Notes: generated from the letters alone by a model not told the origin. Numbered from the stretch's first letter, positions 33,624-44,666 are shown. The stretch is 64,000 nt of DNA from Sulfobacillus sp. (GCA_027344105.1 DAHWJO010000001.1:10939-74938), one strand, 5' to 3'. Program-made: numbers and translations.

Positions 33624-33732
33624 ATTCCGGTATAATAGATCGGATGCTGTATTCATGTTTGTTTTCGGGGCGGTTGGGAAATATAGGAGAACGGGTGTGA
33701 AGCGCCAAGAAGTGATGAAGGGGGGAACTTGA

Positions 33733-33951
33733 GTGTCGAAAGAAGACGCGATAGAGGTCGAGGGGACGGTCATCGAACCATTGCCCAACGCAATGTTCCG
33801 TGTAGAGCTTTCCAACGGACACAAAGTGCTTGCGCACATTTCAGGGAAGATCCGCATGCACTTTATCAAGATCTTGCCGGGCGACAAGGTTACGGTGCAA
33901 CTATCTCCCTATGACCTGACTCGCGGAAGAATCACCTATCGGTACAAGTGA
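33733..33951 (+). CDS. infA: Translation initiation factor IF-1
   Basis: [18 protein letters not shown]. Confidence 0.99.
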   Translation: MSKEDAIEVEGTVIEPLPNAMFRVELSNGHKVLAHISGKIRMHFIKILPGDKVTVQLSPYDLTRGRITYRYK

Positions 33952-33976
33952 GGCTATAAGGGAAGGAGTGTTCCAG

Positions 33977-34090
33977 ATGAAGGTCAGAGCATCTGTCAAG
34001 CCTATCTGCGAAAAGTGTAAGGTTATCAAGCGGCATGGCCGGGTGTTGGTCATCTGCGAAAATCCTAAGCACAAACAAGCGCAGGGATAA
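33977..34090 (+). CDS. rpmJ: 50S ribosomal protein L36 (below ORF-track cutoff)
   Basis: Read by hand: [37 protein letters not shown]. Confidence 0.97.
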   Translation: MKVRASVKPICEKCKVIKRHGRVLVICENPKHKQAQG

Positions 34091-34122
34091 TAGGGCAAAC
34101 CGTCACAAGGAGGAGTTTGAGG

Positions 34123-34494
34123 GTGGCACGAATTGCAGGAATAGATTTGCCCCGCGACAAGCGGGTGGAAGCCGCATTGCCATACATTTACGGGATTGGG
34201 TTGTCGGCATCCCGTAAGATTTTAACGAGGACCCAGGTCGACGGGGACACGCGTGTCCGGGACTTGACAGAGGATGAAGTCGCGCGGATCCGGCAAATCG
34301 TTGATACGGAGTACCGGGTAGAGGGTGACCTGCGGCGGGAAGTGCAGCTGAACATCAAGCGCCTCATCGACATTGGCACGTACCGGGGCCTGCGTCACCG
34401 CCGCGGATTGCCGGTGCGGGGGCAGCGGACCAAAACCAACGCCCGAACGCGCAAGGGGCCGCGGCGCACCGTGGGCGCCAAACGCAAGAAATAG
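34123..34494 (+). CDS. rpsM: 30S ribosomal protein S13
   Basis: [17 protein letters not shown]. Confidence 0.99.
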   Translation: MARIAGIDLPRDKRVEAALPYIYGIGLSASRKILTRTQVDGDTRVRDLTEDEVARIRQIVDTEYRVEGDLRREVQLNIKRLIDIGTYRGLRHRRGLPVRGQRTKTNARTRKGPRRTVGAKRKK

Positions 34495-34529
34495 GGAAAC
34501 AGACAGTTTAGGAGGGAATCCAAGGAAAT

Positions 34530-34922
34530 ATGCCTAGCCGACGCACACAGAAGACAAGGCGCCGTGATCGGCGTCACGTGGACAGGGGCACCGCGCACAT
34601 CCGCTCCACGTTCAACAATACGATCGTGACCATTACGGACACACAAGGGAACGCGCTGTCATGGGCCTCATCAGGTCAGGCCGGGTTTAAGGGTTCTCGG
34701 AAGAGCACTCCTTTTGCCGCGCAGATGGCGGCCGAGACGGCTGCGAAAGCGGCCATGGAGTATGGACTAAAGGAAGTGGAAGTGCTTGTCAAAGGACCCG
34801 GTTCGGGACGAGAGGCGGCCATCCGGTCGTTACAGGCGGCGGGACTTGAAGTCAGCATGATCAAGGACGTCACGCCCATTCCTCACAATGGTTGCCGTCC
34901 TCCCAAGAGGCGGAGAGTCTAA
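34530..34922 (+). CDS. rpsK: 30S ribosomal protein S11
   Basis: [19 protein letters not shown]. Confidence 0.99.
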   Translation: MPSRRTQKTRRRDRRHVDRGTAHIRSTFNNTIVTITDTQGNALSWASSGQAGFKGSRKSTPFAAQMAAETAAKAAMEYGLKEVEVLVKGPGSGREAAIRSLQAAGLEVSMIKDVTPIPHNGCRPPKRRRV

Positions 34923-34949
34923 ACAAATAGAAAGGAAGGAGGCGCACGA

Positions 34950-35573
34950 ATGGCACGTTATACAGGACCTGCTTGCCGGTTGTGCCGGCGTGAAGGTGTC
35001 AAATTGTATTTAAAGGGAGATAAGTGCTTTACTGACAAGTGTCCAGTCTCGAGGCGGGCTTACCCCCCGGGGCAGCATGGGCAGGGGCGCCGTAAACTTT
35101 CTGAATACGGGGTGCAGCTGCGGGAAAAGCAAAAGGCCCGCAGAACCTACGGAATCATGGAGGGCCAGTTCTCACGGTACTTCGAGAAGGCTTCGGCGAA
35201 AACAGGTGTCACCGGTGAGCTTTTGCTTCAGTTATTAGAGCGTCGCCTGGACAATGTGGTGTACCGGATGGGCTTTGCCTCATCGCGGGCCGAGGCACGG
35301 CAACTGGTGCGCCACAATCACTTCGCGGTCAATGGCCGCCGAGTGAATATCCCTTCTTTTTCGGTCAAACCCGGTGACGTCGTCGAAGTGCGGGAAGTCA
35401 GCCGGCAAAAGCCGCGATTCAAGGCTCTTCTGGAGAGTCCGGTGCGCACCATCCCCGCATGGCTCGACGTACAGCGCGACGAGTTTAAAGGGAGCATGGT
35501 GAGGATGCCGAACCGTGACGAGATTGACACGCCCGTTCAGGAACAGCTGATTATCGAGTACTACTCGCGGTAA
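34950..35573 (+). CDS. rpsD: 30S ribosomal protein S4 (Cys-containing form)
   Basis: [22 protein letters not shown]. Confidence 0.99.
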   Translation: MARYTGPACRLCRREGVKLYLKGDKCFTDKCPVSRRAYPPGQHGQGRRKLSEYGVQLREKQKARRTYGIMEGQFSRYFEKASAKTGVTGELLLQLLERRLDNVVYRMGFASSRAEARQLVRHNHFAVNGRRVNIPSFSVKPGDVVEVREVSRQKPRFKALLESPVRTIPAWLDVQRDEFKGSMVRMPNRDEIDTPVQEQLIIEYYSR

Positions 35574-35623
35574 GCATTAGGGATCTGAAAGGGGGGGCGC
35601 CTGCATTTGCAGGCAGATCGTAT

Positions 35624-36571
35624 ATGACCGAGGTTGAAAAGCCAGAAATTCGGCGGGTTGACGATGGCGCCGACGCAAATTACGGTGAATTTGCAGTGGA
35701 ACCGCTAAACCGGGGCTATGGCATTACGCTCGGAAACTCGCTGCGGCGGATACTCCTGTCGTCCTTGCCGGGGACTGCTGTCACATCAGTGCGGATTGAT
35801 GGGGTGTTGCATGAGTTTTCCGTGGTGCCGGGAGTGCTTGAGGATACAGCGGATATCATCCTCAATCTCAAACGGCTGGCCCTACGGCTGTGGTCTGACG
35901 AGCCTCACAGTTTGCGCATTGACAAAGAGGGGCCCTGTGAGGTGGTCGCAGGCGATATTATCGGCGACGCCGATGTGGATATTTTAGACCCGGAGCAGCA
36001 TATTGCCTTCGTCGATGAGGGCAGTGCGCTGCGCATGGAGCTGAATATCGAGCGGGGCCGCGGGTACGTGTCAGCCGACAAAAACAAACGTGCGGACCAA
36101 GCCATCGGGGTCATCCCTGTGGACTCCATTTTCAGCCCAGTCACTAAGGTCAACTGGCGGGTGGAGGACACGCGGGTAGGCCATATTACCGACTATGACC
36201 GCCTTCTGGTCGAGGTGTGGACGGATGGGTCGCTGAGCCCCGAAGAAGCGATCTCACGGGGGGCCAAAATCCTTTCAGATCACCTGAAGCTGTTTATGGA
36301 GCTGACAGATTCCGGGTCCGGCATCGAAATCGGGGCCCAAAGAGATGAAGATTCCCGTGACAGACTGCTGGAAATGCCTATTGAAGAACTAGACTTGTCT
36401 GTTCGGTCCTTCAACTGCCTCAAGCGGGCAGGGATCAATACCGTAGGGGAACTGACAAACAAGACGGATGACGATATGATGAAGGTCAGAAATCTTGGTA
36501 AAAAGTCCCTGGAGGAAGTCAAGGAAAAATTAGTGGCTTTAGGGGTTGGCCTCAAGCCGACTGAAGAGTAG
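35624..36571 (+). CDS. rpoA: RNA polymerase alpha subunit
   Basis: [24 protein letters not shown]. Confidence 0.99.
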   Translation: MTEVEKPEIRRVDDGADANYGEFAVEPLNRGYGITLGNSLRRILLSSLPGTAVTSVRIDGVLHEFSVVPGVLEDTADIILNLKRLALRLWSDEPHSLRIDKEGPCEVVAGDIIGDADVDILDPEQHIAFVDEGSALRMELNIERGRGYVSADKNKRADQAIGVIPVDSIFSPVTKVNWRVEDTRVGHITDYDRLLVEVWTDGSLSPEEAISRGAKILSDHLKLFMELTDSGSGIEIGAQRDEDSRDRLLEMPIEELDLSVRSFNCLKRAGINTVGELTNKTDDDMMKVRNLGKKSLEEVKEKLVALGVGLKPTEE

Positions 36572-36592
36572 CCATTTTGGAGGGAACGATTT

Positions 36593-36937
36593 ATGCCAGG
36601 CATGCACCGCAAGTTGGGGCGCATAGGGGGACATCGACGGGCCATGCTCCGAAATCTGGTCACGTCGACCTTGCGTGAGGAACGAATTGAAACGACAGTG
36701 ACGCGGGCTAAAGAGGTAAACCGCGTGGTCGAGCACATGATTACCTTGGCCAAGCGCGGGGATCTAGCGGCGCGGCGCCAGGCGCTGGCTTATGTGTTGG
36801 ATGAGGACGTTGTCACCAAGCTTTTCACCAGCATCGGGCCGCGCTACACAGAACGGGCCGGAGGGTATACCCGGATTATGCGAACAGGCTTTCGCCGCGG
36901 AGATGCCGCGCCGATGGCCATTCTCGAACTGGTGTAA
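36593..36937 (+). CDS. rplQ: 50S ribosomal protein L17
   Basis: [23 protein letters not shown]. Confidence 0.98.
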   Translation: MPGMHRKLGRIGGHRRAMLRNLVTSTLREERIETTVTRAKEVNRVVEHMITLAKRGDLAARRQALAYVLDEDVVTKLFTSIGPRYTERAGGYTRIMRTGFRRGDAAPMAILELV

Positions 36938-37713
36938 TGACGGCGGTCATCTTTGAGGGCGTAGGCACGGACTACGGCAAGGACTCACATTATGCACTTG
37001 GCTCCCTGGATTTTACCATTCAGGGAGGCGAGTGTATTTTTGTCTCGGGACCGAATGGTGGGGGCAAAACTACCCTAGCGAGGCTTTTAGCGGGAACGGT
37101 CAAGGCTGTCCAGGGGAAGATTATGTTGGCAGATGGGCCGGAACGTGGGGAATGGCCGCCGACCCTTGTCGGGTGGGTGCAGCAGGAGCCTGAACACCAG
37201 GTTATTGCTGAGCGGGTGGGGGAAGATGTGGGGATCTCGCCCAGCTGGTACGCGGGTTCATACCAGGAATACCAGAATGCCAAGGATGGCGCTCTGGCGG
37301 CGCTGGGCCTGACGGCAATGTCCCAGCGCGTGGTTCAGAGCCTATCCGGAGGAGAGTTGCACCGCACCGCGATGGCAGCCATTGTGGCGCAGAGGCCCGA
37401 GGTGTGGGTCATGGATGAGCCCGAGGCCATGATGGACCGGGCGGGTCAAGTAGCCCTCTGGGAACTCGTGGGTCAACTGAAACAGAAACAGGCAACCGTG
37501 GTGATGATCAGTCATGACGCGAGGTGGCTGGCGGTGGCGGACCGCTTTTTATGGATTGCGGGCGGGCACGCACTGTGGCTGGGCCATGAAGACATGGCCG
37601 CGCGTCTCGCTGACCCGTGGCACGAATTCTGGGAGATCATGGAGTCCCAAGTGGCTGGAGCCGGGGGCAGGGACAAGAGCCCGGGAGAGGTGGCGCGGAT
37701 GCTGTGGCCATGA
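36937..37713 (+). CDS. ecfA1: ECF transporter ATPase EcfA1 (divergent)
   Basis: GPNGGGKT, LSGGE, MDEP, ISHD; position after rplQ. Confidence 0.85.
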   Translation: MTAVIFEGVGTDYGKDSHYALGSLDFTIQGGECIFVSGPNGGGKTTLARLLAGTVKAVQGKIMLADGPERGEWPPTLVGWVQQEPEHQVIAERVGEDVGISPSWYAGSYQEYQNAKDGALAALGLTAMSQRVVQSLSGGELHRTAMAAIVAQRPEVWVMDEPEAMMDRAGQVALWELVGQLKQKQATVVMISHDARWLAVADRFLWIAGGHALWLGHEDMAARLADPWHEFWEIMESQVAGAGGRDKSPGEVARMLWP

Positions 37714-38480
37714 CCGTGCAGGGGGTGACGCTGCCCTATTCCGGTCTGTTCATCGAGCACTGGCAGGCGCCTGCAGCAGGCGTGTACGCGGTGATGGGCC
37801 CGAATGGCGCGGGAAAGAGCCAGTGGCTGTCTCTTCTGGCCGGGCAGCTGAAGGTGCGGGGGGGAACAGTGAAGCGTGGCAGGCACCGGATTGGATTGGT
37901 GATGCAGCACCCCGAGCACCAGATCGCAGAAGACCTGGTCAGCACCGAAGTGCTCTGGCCTTATGGGGCAACCCGCCGCACTGCGCCCGAGTTTTTGGCA
38001 TCGGTGGCGCAGGTAAAGGACCGGTGGGCCTTGGATGGCTTCTGGGACGATTCCCCTTGGACACTGAGCACAGGGCAGAAACGCCGCCTGGTCTTTGCCG
38101 TGTATGACCTTCTGAACCCTGACGTGCTCCTGCTGGATGAACCGAGCGAGTCCCTGGACGGCGAGTGGAAGGACCGGACCCGGAGATGGGTGGCTGAACG
38201 GGCGCGGGACCATTTGGTTCTGATAGCCAGCCATGACTGGCCGTGGGTGCTGTCATTTGTGGACCAGGGCTACTGGTGCGAGGGCACACTCGACAACAAG
38301 CCCAAGGATCTGGGAGAATTGTGGTATGAACGCCAGGTGCCGCCGAGCGGGCGCCTTGAAGAATTGTGGCGGGAGCTGTTGGACCGCAGCGCGCCGGTGG
38401 GGCTGCGGGAGTGGATAGATCCCCAGATTGCGGCGGGTCAGGCGGTGAAGCTATGGCACTGGAAGCACGGCGCACACTGA
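37710..38480 (+). CDS. ecfA2: ECF transporter ATPase EcfA2 (divergent)
   Basis: GPNGAGKS, QHPEHQI, LSTGQKRR, LLDEP. Confidence 0.85.
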   Translation: MTVQGVTLPYSGLFIEHWQAPAAGVYAVMGPNGAGKSQWLSLLAGQLKVRGGTVKRGRHRIGLVMQHPEHQIAEDLVSTEVLWPYGATRRTAPEFLASVAQVKDRWALDGFWDDSPWTLSTGQKRRLVFAVYDLLNPDVLLLDEPSESLDGEWKDRTRRWVAERARDHLVLIASHDWPWVLSFVDQGYWCEGTLDNKPKDLGELWYERQVPPSGRLEELWRELLDRSAPVGLREWIDPQIAAGQAVKLWHWKHGAH

Positions 38481-39163
38481 ACGCCCTAGTGGTGGTGCAA
38501 GCGTTGGCTATCGGGATTGCCGTGATTTATATGTCGGCCGACATATGGGCCATGGGACTGTGGCTCGTCCTTCTGGTGGTGGCCCAGTGGCGGTTGCGCC
38601 AGCCCATGACCGCCCGGCAGGGCTTGGCCCTGCTTTCGGGGGCAGCGCTGTGGGGGATTCTGGCCTATGTCAACCGGCCATTGGAGCCCATGCGAACGCG
38701 CGAGGCACTGGCGGCATGGACGTTTATCCGATTTTTTGCGGTGTTGTGGTTCAGTGTGCTGATATTGCGCGCCACGTCTTTATGGGCGTTGGTGAGTCAT
38801 CTGGAATGGGCGCTGAAGCGCGTGATAGGGCCGAGAGCGGCTGCGGGGGAACTGGCGTTGATGGCGCTCGTGGCCATGCGCTTTATTCCCGTGCTTGGGG
38901 CATCGGCCCGCCACTTGCGGGCCGATGCCCGCATGCGCCGGCAACTGGCCGGAAACCCAGCGCGCTGGAACGATGCTCTGCGATTCGTGATGCCACTGGT
39001 GATGGCTAGCATCCTGCGCAGCGAGAACGTTGCGGAGGCCTTGTGGACCCGTGGCTGGCGCGCCGGGGTGACGCCGTGGCCAAAACCGTGGACCGCCCGC
39101 GACTGGGCCGCGACCGGGGCCTTGTGGCTGTTTCTCATCATCGCTTGGAAAGAGAAGATTTGA
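38453..39163 (+). CDS. ecfT: ECF transporter transmembrane subunit EcfT
   Basis: MRFIP, ARM.R and ALWTRG coupling-helix motifs. Confidence 0.85.
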   Translation: MALEARRTLNALVVVQALAIGIAVIYMSADIWAMGLWLVLLVVAQWRLRQPMTARQGLALLSGAALWGILAYVNRPLEPMRTREALAAWTFIRFFAVLWFSVLILRATSLWALVSHLEWALKRVIGPRAAAGELALMALVAMRFIPVLGASARHLRADARMRRQLAGNPARWNDALRFVMPLVMASILRSENVAEALWTRGWRAGVTPWPKPWTARDWAATGALWLFLIIAWKEKI

Positions 39164-39164
39164 T

Positions 39165-39908
39165 ATGCTGTTAAAGATGATTGTCAGCTACGACGGTACT
39201 GATTTTTCCGGATTCCAAAGGCAGCCGGGACAGCGCACGGTACAAGGCGTACTGGAAGAATCATTTCAAGGTCTTTTGGGTTCTGGCGCAATCGTAGGCG
39301 GCAGCCGGACGGACTCCGGAGTCCATGCCCGGGGCCAGGTGGTGACGTGGTCTGGCCCCGTGCCTGTGCCGCTGGACCGGGTGGCGGCGGTGTTAAACCG
39401 CCGGCTGCCGCGAGACATCCGGGTAGGCGGGGCAAAGTGGGTGGCTGACAGCTTTCACCCGGTTCGCGCTGCGCGTGCCAAGTACTACAGCTACACGGTG
39501 GCGAGGGGCCCTGAGCCCTTGTGGCCGGGACTGGCGAGGTATGCTTATACCGTTCGCCAGCCTTTGTCCTGGACGCATCTCAACCGGGCCGCCCAACTCC
39601 TGCTCGGTGCCCACGACTTTTGGGCATTCCGGGCCGAAGGGTCCACCGCCAAGACCACAGAACGCCGCATTCTGGTGAGCCGCTGGTCCATGCTCGAGCA
39701 AGGTGCGGTCTGGCGGTATGACGTGGGCGCAACAGGATTTCTTTATCACATGGTGCGCATTGCCGTGGCAGCGATGCTGCTCGCAGCCGAGACCCAGAAC
39801 CTGGACCCGGTGAGGCGGGCACTGGAGAATCCCCGGGAGAAGAAGGTGGGAGTGCTGGCGCCCGCCAGGGGCCTCACACTGGAGCACATTGAATATGACC
39901 GGCCCTGA
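39165..39908 (+). CDS. truA: tRNA pseudouridine(38-40) synthase
   Basis: YDGTDFSGFQ.Q, SRTDSGVHA, GFLYHMVR. Confidence 0.96.
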   Translation: MLLKMIVSYDGTDFSGFQRQPGQRTVQGVLEESFQGLLGSGAIVGGSRTDSGVHARGQVVTWSGPVPVPLDRVAAVLNRRLPRDIRVGGAKWVADSFHPVRAARAKYYSYTVARGPEPLWPGLARYAYTVRQPLSWTHLNRAAQLLLGAHDFWAFRAEGSTAKTTERRILVSRWSMLEQGAVWRYDVGATGFLYHMVRIAVAAMLLAAETQNLDPVRRALENPREKKVGVLAPARGLTLEHIEYDRP

Positions 39909-40035
39909 AGGGGCGCACAATCCTTCTGGCTCCATGGAGAAAACGGGCCGACCCGGCGCATCGGGGGAGTGTGCAAGACGCGGTGACTTCTGAAACAGTG
40001 AGCAGAGGGCATGAGGTATAGGAAGGCGGTGGAGC

Positions 40036-40947
40036 GTGTTTAAGCAGATCATATTGGGGGTCGGGAATAACAGTTTGGTGTCGCGCACCGTACAGCAATA
40101 CGGCATGCAGATGGGAGCCGCGCGATTTGTGGCGGGCTCTACCCTCGGTCAAGCGATAGCGGCGGTGAAAGAACTCAATGAGCGGGGCATCGCCGCGACA
40201 CTGGATCATCTAGGAGAGTCCGTCACCCGCATTGAAGAGGCCCAGGCGGCGCGGAACAGTTACCTGGCGATGCTGGATGCCATCGCCAAGGAACAGGTTC
40301 GCTCCCACGTGTCTCTCAAACTCACGATGATGGGGCTGGCAATTTCGGAAGAGGCTTGCCTCGGAAACTTGCTGGAAATTTTAGACCGGGCACATCAGTA
40401 CGGAAATTTTGTGCGCATCGACATGGAAGACTCGCATTTTACCGCCGCGACCCTGAACATGTTTCAAAAAGCTTGGGATAAGTATCCGGAAAATGTCGGC
40501 GTCGTGCTCCAGGCTTACTTATACCGAACTATGGAGGACTTGAATAGCCTCTCTCAGCCTCCAAAGAATTTCCGCATTGTCAAAGGCGCCTATCAAGAAC
40601 CGGCCAGCCTCGCCTATCCATCCAAGCCGGATGTGGATGACAACTACGTGGCCCTGGTGCAGGCCAGTTTGCAGCATGGCAATTTTACCGCCGTGGCGAG
40701 CCACGATGAAGTGGTCCTCGGCAAAGTGGTGCGCTTCCTGGAATCCCAACATATTCCGCAGTCGCAAGTGGAATTTCAAATGCTCTATGGGGTAAAGCTA
40801 TCGGTGTTGGAAGACCTGGCGCGACGGGGCTTTGCCGCCAGGGTCTATGTGCCGTGGGGACGGGACTGGTATGCGTACTATCTGCGCCGCATTGCAGAAC
40901 GTCCAGCCAATCTGCTGTTCTTTGCCCGCTCGCTGGCCAAGCGTTAA
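40036..40947 (+). CDS. Monofunctional proline dehydrogenase
   Basis: RFVAG, VRIDMED, LQAYL, RIVKGAY, ASHD, FQMLYG, RRIAERPAN. Confidence 0.96.
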   Translation: MFKQIILGVGNNSLVSRTVQQYGMQMGAARFVAGSTLGQAIAAVKELNERGIAATLDHLGESVTRIEEAQAARNSYLAMLDAIAKEQVRSHVSLKLTMMGLAISEEACLGNLLEILDRAHQYGNFVRIDMEDSHFTAATLNMFQKAWDKYPENVGVVLQAYLYRTMEDLNSLSQPPKNFRIVKGAYQEPASLAYPSKPDVDDNYVALVQASLQHGNFTAVASHDEVVLGKVVRFLESQHIPQSQVEFQMLYGVKLSVLEDLARRGFAARVYVPWGRDWYAYYLRRIAERPANLLFFARSLAKR

Positions 40948-40960
40948 GACTTGGGGCACG

Positions 40961-40986
40961 CAAAAGCCGCCTAAGGGCGGCTTTTG
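40961..40986. terminator. Intrinsic terminator
   Basis: CAAAAGCCGCC-taag-GGCGGCTTTTG. Confidence 0.85.
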
Positions 40987-41000
40987 GTGTCTGTGGAGAC

Positions 41001-41052
41001 TTGACACTCAAGATTGTTAGTACTAAGATTACGTCTTGTTGATAGTTAACAA
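41001..41052 (+). promoter_or_regulatory. sigma-A promoter with probable MarR operators
   Basis: TTGACA-17bp-TAAGAT; palindrome TTAGTACTAA (41017-41026) over the -10 and TTGTT-N7-AACAA (41036-41052). Confidence 0.7.
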
Positions 41053-41078
41053 TACGAATAATCAAGAAGGTGAAGTGT

Positions 41079-41522
41079 TTGGCCGACCGAGATCAATACA
41101 TCGAGAATTTGGACCGGATTTTTTCTCGAATTGGCCGCCGGTTGCGCCATGCTGCGGCAGAAGACACGCTGACGCTGGGACAGTATTCTTTGCTGAAGTT
41201 GCTTTTCGACCACCACTCCATGGCCGTGGGCGAGATTGCTGAACAGCTCGGTGTCTCTTTAGCGGGGGCGAGCGGCATGATTGACCGTCTGGTTCACGCG
41301 GACCTGATCATTCGCACGCGTTCAGAATCGGATCGCCGGGTGGTCACGGTGACTTTGACCGAGGCGGGATGGCGTAAAATTGAGAGCCATTATACCCAGC
41401 GCAAAGATTTCTTGCGGCATCTGTTTGTGAATATGTCTGAGGAGGATCTGAGGACCTTGCTATCTTTGATTGAGCGCATGGAGGAAACCGCAGGCCAGGC
41501 AGAGGGCAAGCCTCAGCCATAA
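41079..41522 (+). CDS. MarR-family regulator
   Basis: LTLGQY, IAEQLGVS...S.MIDRLV, SDRRV. Confidence 0.93.
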   Translation: MADRDQYIENLDRIFSRIGRRLRHAAAEDTLTLGQYSLLKLLFDHHSMAVGEIAEQLGVSLAGASGMIDRLVHADLIIRTRSESDRRVVTVTLTEAGWRKIESHYTQRKDFLRHLFVNMSEEDLRTLLSLIERMEETAGQAEGKPQP

Positions 41523-41583
41523 AGGGCAGCGCAACGCTCTTTTTGCTGGCGGCAATTATTGCAATGCAGGGAGACAACGTCGT

Positions 41584-42390
41584 ATGGGTCTTTTGATTTC
41601 TGGAATCGTCGAGTCGTTGGTGGCTATTATCCTGGGGATATTTCTCCTGGTGGCGGAACCCTCTCTCAGTGCCGTCTGGGGATTTGGACTAATCGGGGTG
41701 GGCGTGGTGACGGGAGTGCTGACCCTGTCATTTGGCCGTCTGGGACGATCGAAACCCGAAACGGCTGCCCAGCCGGATGATGTTGCGGAAGCTCCTGAGG
41801 AGGAACCGGAGGCCGATGGGGAAAGGGGACCGCAGCGATCCCTGCCGGAATACCGTCCGCAGGAAAATACCGGGCTGATGCCTGTGCCCCATCACCTCCC
41901 GCAGCGGATTGACGTGCTCAGGGAAGAGGTGTCACGGGCACGCTGGCGGTACAAAGCCAAGGAGATTCAGTCCCGGGCAGCGGAAATGGCTGAATTGGTG
42001 CTGCAGGGCAGTGAGGACGCAGGCACCGTGGACGAGAGGCCCCGGCAGCTGCGACGCTTGCTGGAACTATTCATCTTGTCCCAGGGCTATGAAGCTTGGG
42101 CCAATGGGGCGGAACCGGCGTTCCATGTGGAGCGTTACCGCCGCGTGCTGACGGAGACGGACATTCATGAAAGGTTGGCGGATCTGACCGCCGAATCCGA
42201 CATGCTGTGGCAGGAAATCAGCCGGGGCGTTCCGCCCAAGGCGCCAGAAGATGATGCCTACCGGCAGACGATTGATATCCGCATTCGCTTGGAGCGGATT
42301 ACGGCGGCCGAAGAACGGCTGGAAGAAATAGAAATCCTCCGCCTGGGCTACCAGAGTCTGGTGGAATCGGAAAGAGAAGAAGGTGAGTGA
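41584..42390 (+). CDS. Hypothetical protein: two N-terminal TM helices, acidic linker, helical/coiled-coil C-terminus
   Basis: Start ATG 41584; stop abuts the next ATG. Confidence 0.75.
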   Translation: MGLLISGIVESLVAIILGIFLLVAEPSLSAVWGFGLIGVGVVTGVLTLSFGRLGRSKPETAAQPDDVAEAPEEEPEADGERGPQRSLPEYRPQENTGLMPVPHHLPQRIDVLREEVSRARWRYKAKEIQSRAAEMAELVLQGSEDAGTVDERPRQLRRLLELFILSQGYEAWANGAEPAFHVERYRRVLTETDIHERLADLTAESDMLWQEISRGVPPKAPEDDAYRQTIDIRIRLERITAAEERLEEIEILRLGYQSLVESEREEGE

Positions 42391-43011
42391 ATGCCCCGAT
42401 GGATATTAGGGGTGGTCGCGTTGATTGGCGTTCTGGTGATGGGCGGCATTGCGGGTTATGACGCCTACTACCAGGCCAACTACGTCAATACGGCGTACGC
42501 CTATGTCACGGCCCCCTACGACTGGGTCAGCATCTCGTCGCCAGCGACGGTGACGGGTCTGATGGTGCACACCGGCGACCGCGTCAAGGCGGGAGCCGCC
42601 CTGATGCGCGTGAAGACGTGGCAAGGCCAGCAGAAAACCATTATGGCGCCGGCCAGCGGGACAGTGGGCTCCATTGGCGTGGCGCCCGGTGCCAGCATCG
42701 AGCCGAAAGAAGATTTGATGGCGCTGGTGCAAGCGGGTCGGTCCACGGTGGTGGCGGATTTTCCCGAATCCCAGGCGCACCGCATTGCGCGGGGACAGAC
42801 CGTGACCGTGACCCTGAGCGCGTATCCCGGGACGACTTTTACGGGCACGGTGTCCCATATCGGGGCGGTGACCCTGAGCGTCCTGTCACCCTTGCTGAAA
42901 GTGGGGAGCTTCGCCAAAGAACGCCAGTGGGTACCGGTCACGGTACAGGTCGACACCGGTTCGAACACATTTATTCCGGGGGAAAATGCCTCGGTGCGTG
43001 TTGACGTCTAG
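42391..43011 (+). CDS. Short EmrA/HlyD-type adaptor (membrane fusion protein) 1
   Basis: N-terminal TM, lipoyl-like halves with no alpha-hairpin, QWVPVTV..PGENASVRV. Confidence 0.85.
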   Translation: MPRWILGVVALIGVLVMGGIAGYDAYYQANYVNTAYAYVTAPYDWVSISSPATVTGLMVHTGDRVKAGAALMRVKTWQGQQKTIMAPASGTVGSIGVAPGASIEPKEDLMALVQAGRSTVVADFPESQAHRIARGQTVTVTLSAYPGTTFTGTVSHIGAVTLSVLSPLLKVGSFAKERQWVPVTVQVDTGSNTFIPGENASVRVDV

Positions 43012-43035
43012 TTTGCGGGAATGAGGAGGAACAAG

Positions 43036-44592
43036 ATGGCGACAGAACAACCAACAACATCCCGGCACTGGGGAGTCGCCCTATCCGTGTTGATTCTGGG
43101 AGGCTTCATGGCGATTTTGGACACCTCCATTGTCAACATTGCCATTCCCAAATTGGAGAGCGTCTTTTCAGTCGATACCGCCGAAGTGCAGTGGGTGGTC
43201 ACGATCTACATGCTGACCCTGGGGGTCGTCGTGCCTCTGGCGGGCTATCTGGGTGAGCGGTTCGGCTACCGGCGGATCTACGTGGTGTCGCTGACAGTCT
43301 TCACGATAGGGTCGGCGCTGTCAGGGCTGTCGTGGAGTCTAGAGGTACTGACAATTTTTCGTGTGTTTCAGGCTTTGGGCGGTGGCCTTATTATGCCGAT
43401 TACCATGGCTATGGTGTACCGGATTGTTCCTCGCGACCGGATAGGAACCGCCATGGGATTTTGGGGACTCGGGATCATTGTGGCGCCAGCCATTGGCCCG
43501 ACCCTTGGGGGCTGGCTGGTCGAGTATGTGAACTGGCGGCTCATCTTTTACATCAACGTGCCGATTGGAATCGTCGGCGTTCTGCTGGCCCTAGGCTATG
43601 TCCCCAAATTTCCGAGCCGCCGTCTGGGCTCTTTCGACTTCGTGGGGTTTTTGCTTTCGGCGGCGGGATTGTTCGGGCTGCTGCTGGCACTCTCCGAGGG
43701 CCAGACCTGGGGATGGGGATCCGAGCCCATCGTGCTGCTCCTTGTGGGATCGGTGCTGCTGCTGACCCTGTTCAGTCTGTGGGAGCTCAGCATTCCTCAC
43801 CCGCTCCTGGATTTAAGAGTATTTAGCCGGGGCTCGTTCACCATGGCGAATATTTTGGTCGTCGTGATTACCGTGTCCATGTATTCCGGACTGTTTTATG
43901 TGCCGCTTTTCTTGCAAACGGTCGTGGGTTACGGGGCGTTGCAGACGGGGCTGATGATGATGCCGGCCGCCTTGGCGTCGGCGATTATGATGCCCATCTC
44001 GGGCCGGCTGTACGACAAGATCGGCGCGCGGCCCGTGGTGGTGGTGGGCCTCGTGATCTTGGCCTACACGACATTTCTGCTGCACCGGCTGTCCACCACC
44101 ACCCCCGTCGGCGACGTGGTGTTCTGGCTGACTCTGCGGGGCTTTGGGATGGGCATGGCGATGATGCCGGCCACCACGGCAGGCATGTCGTCCCTCCCCA
44201 CGGAAATGGTGGGCTCTGGCTCGTCCATCAACAATGTGATGCAGCGGGTGGCGGGATCCTTTGGCTTGGCGTTCATGACCGCCGTGCTGGAATCGCAGTC
44301 CAGTCTGCATGCGGCCAATATTGCCGCATCCTATACTCCCACCTCGCGGCCGTCCGTGCAGTTTATCCAGCAGATGACCGGGTACTTTGCCCACCATGGA
44401 TTAGCGGCGGGCCAGTCCCTGTCCGTAACGACAACGACCTTGTATGACCTGATCCAACAGCAGGCGTTCGTGATGGGGATTGACGATGTCTTTGTGCTGG
44501 GAGCGGCGATCACCTTATTTGGGGCGTTTCTGGGTCTGTTCCTCAAAACCTATCACCACAAGAAAGGCGCGCCTCAGATGATGGCTGATTAG
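43036..44592 (+). CDS. DHA2 (EmrB/QacA) 14-TM MFS efflux pump
   Basis: FMAILDTSIVNIA, FRVFQALGGG, PAIGPTLGG, LIFYINVPIG. Confidence 0.95.
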   Translation: MATEQPTTSRHWGVALSVLILGGFMAILDTSIVNIAIPKLESVFSVDTAEVQWVVTIYMLTLGVVVPLAGYLGERFGYRRIYVVSLTVFTIGSALSGLSWSLEVLTIFRVFQALGGGLIMPITMAMVYRIVPRDRIGTAMGFWGLGIIVAPAIGPTLGGWLVEYVNWRLIFYINVPIGIVGVLLALGYVPKFPSRRLGSFDFVGFLLSAAGLFGLLLALSEGQTWGWGSEPIVLLLVGSVLLLTLFSLWELSIPHPLLDLRVFSRGSFTMANILVVVITVSMYSGLFYVPLFLQTVVGYGALQTGLMMMPAALASAIMMPISGRLYDKIGARPVVVVGLVILAYTTFLLHRLSTTTPVGDVVFWLTLRGFGMGMAMMPATTAGMSSLPTEMVGSGSSINNVMQRVAGSFGLAFMTAVLESQSSLHAANIAASYTPTSRPSVQFIQQMTGYFAHHGLAAGQSLSVTTTTLYDLIQQQAFVMGIDDVFVLGAAITLFGAFLGLFLKTYHHKKGAPQMMAD

Positions 44593-44666
44593 TCCGGACT
44601 CGGCCGCGGTGTTCCGTGCCGTAAACTTTATCCCCCCTGGGGGCATATGTGAGGAGAGATTAATCC

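Noticed and set aside
10244-36753. Many long antisense or alternate-frame ORFs over rpoBC, fusA, tuf and r-protein genes (e.g. 10466..11641, 17773..18780)
   Set aside because: Shadow ORFs of GC-rich coding strands; no SD or motifs, and they fully overlap essential genes.
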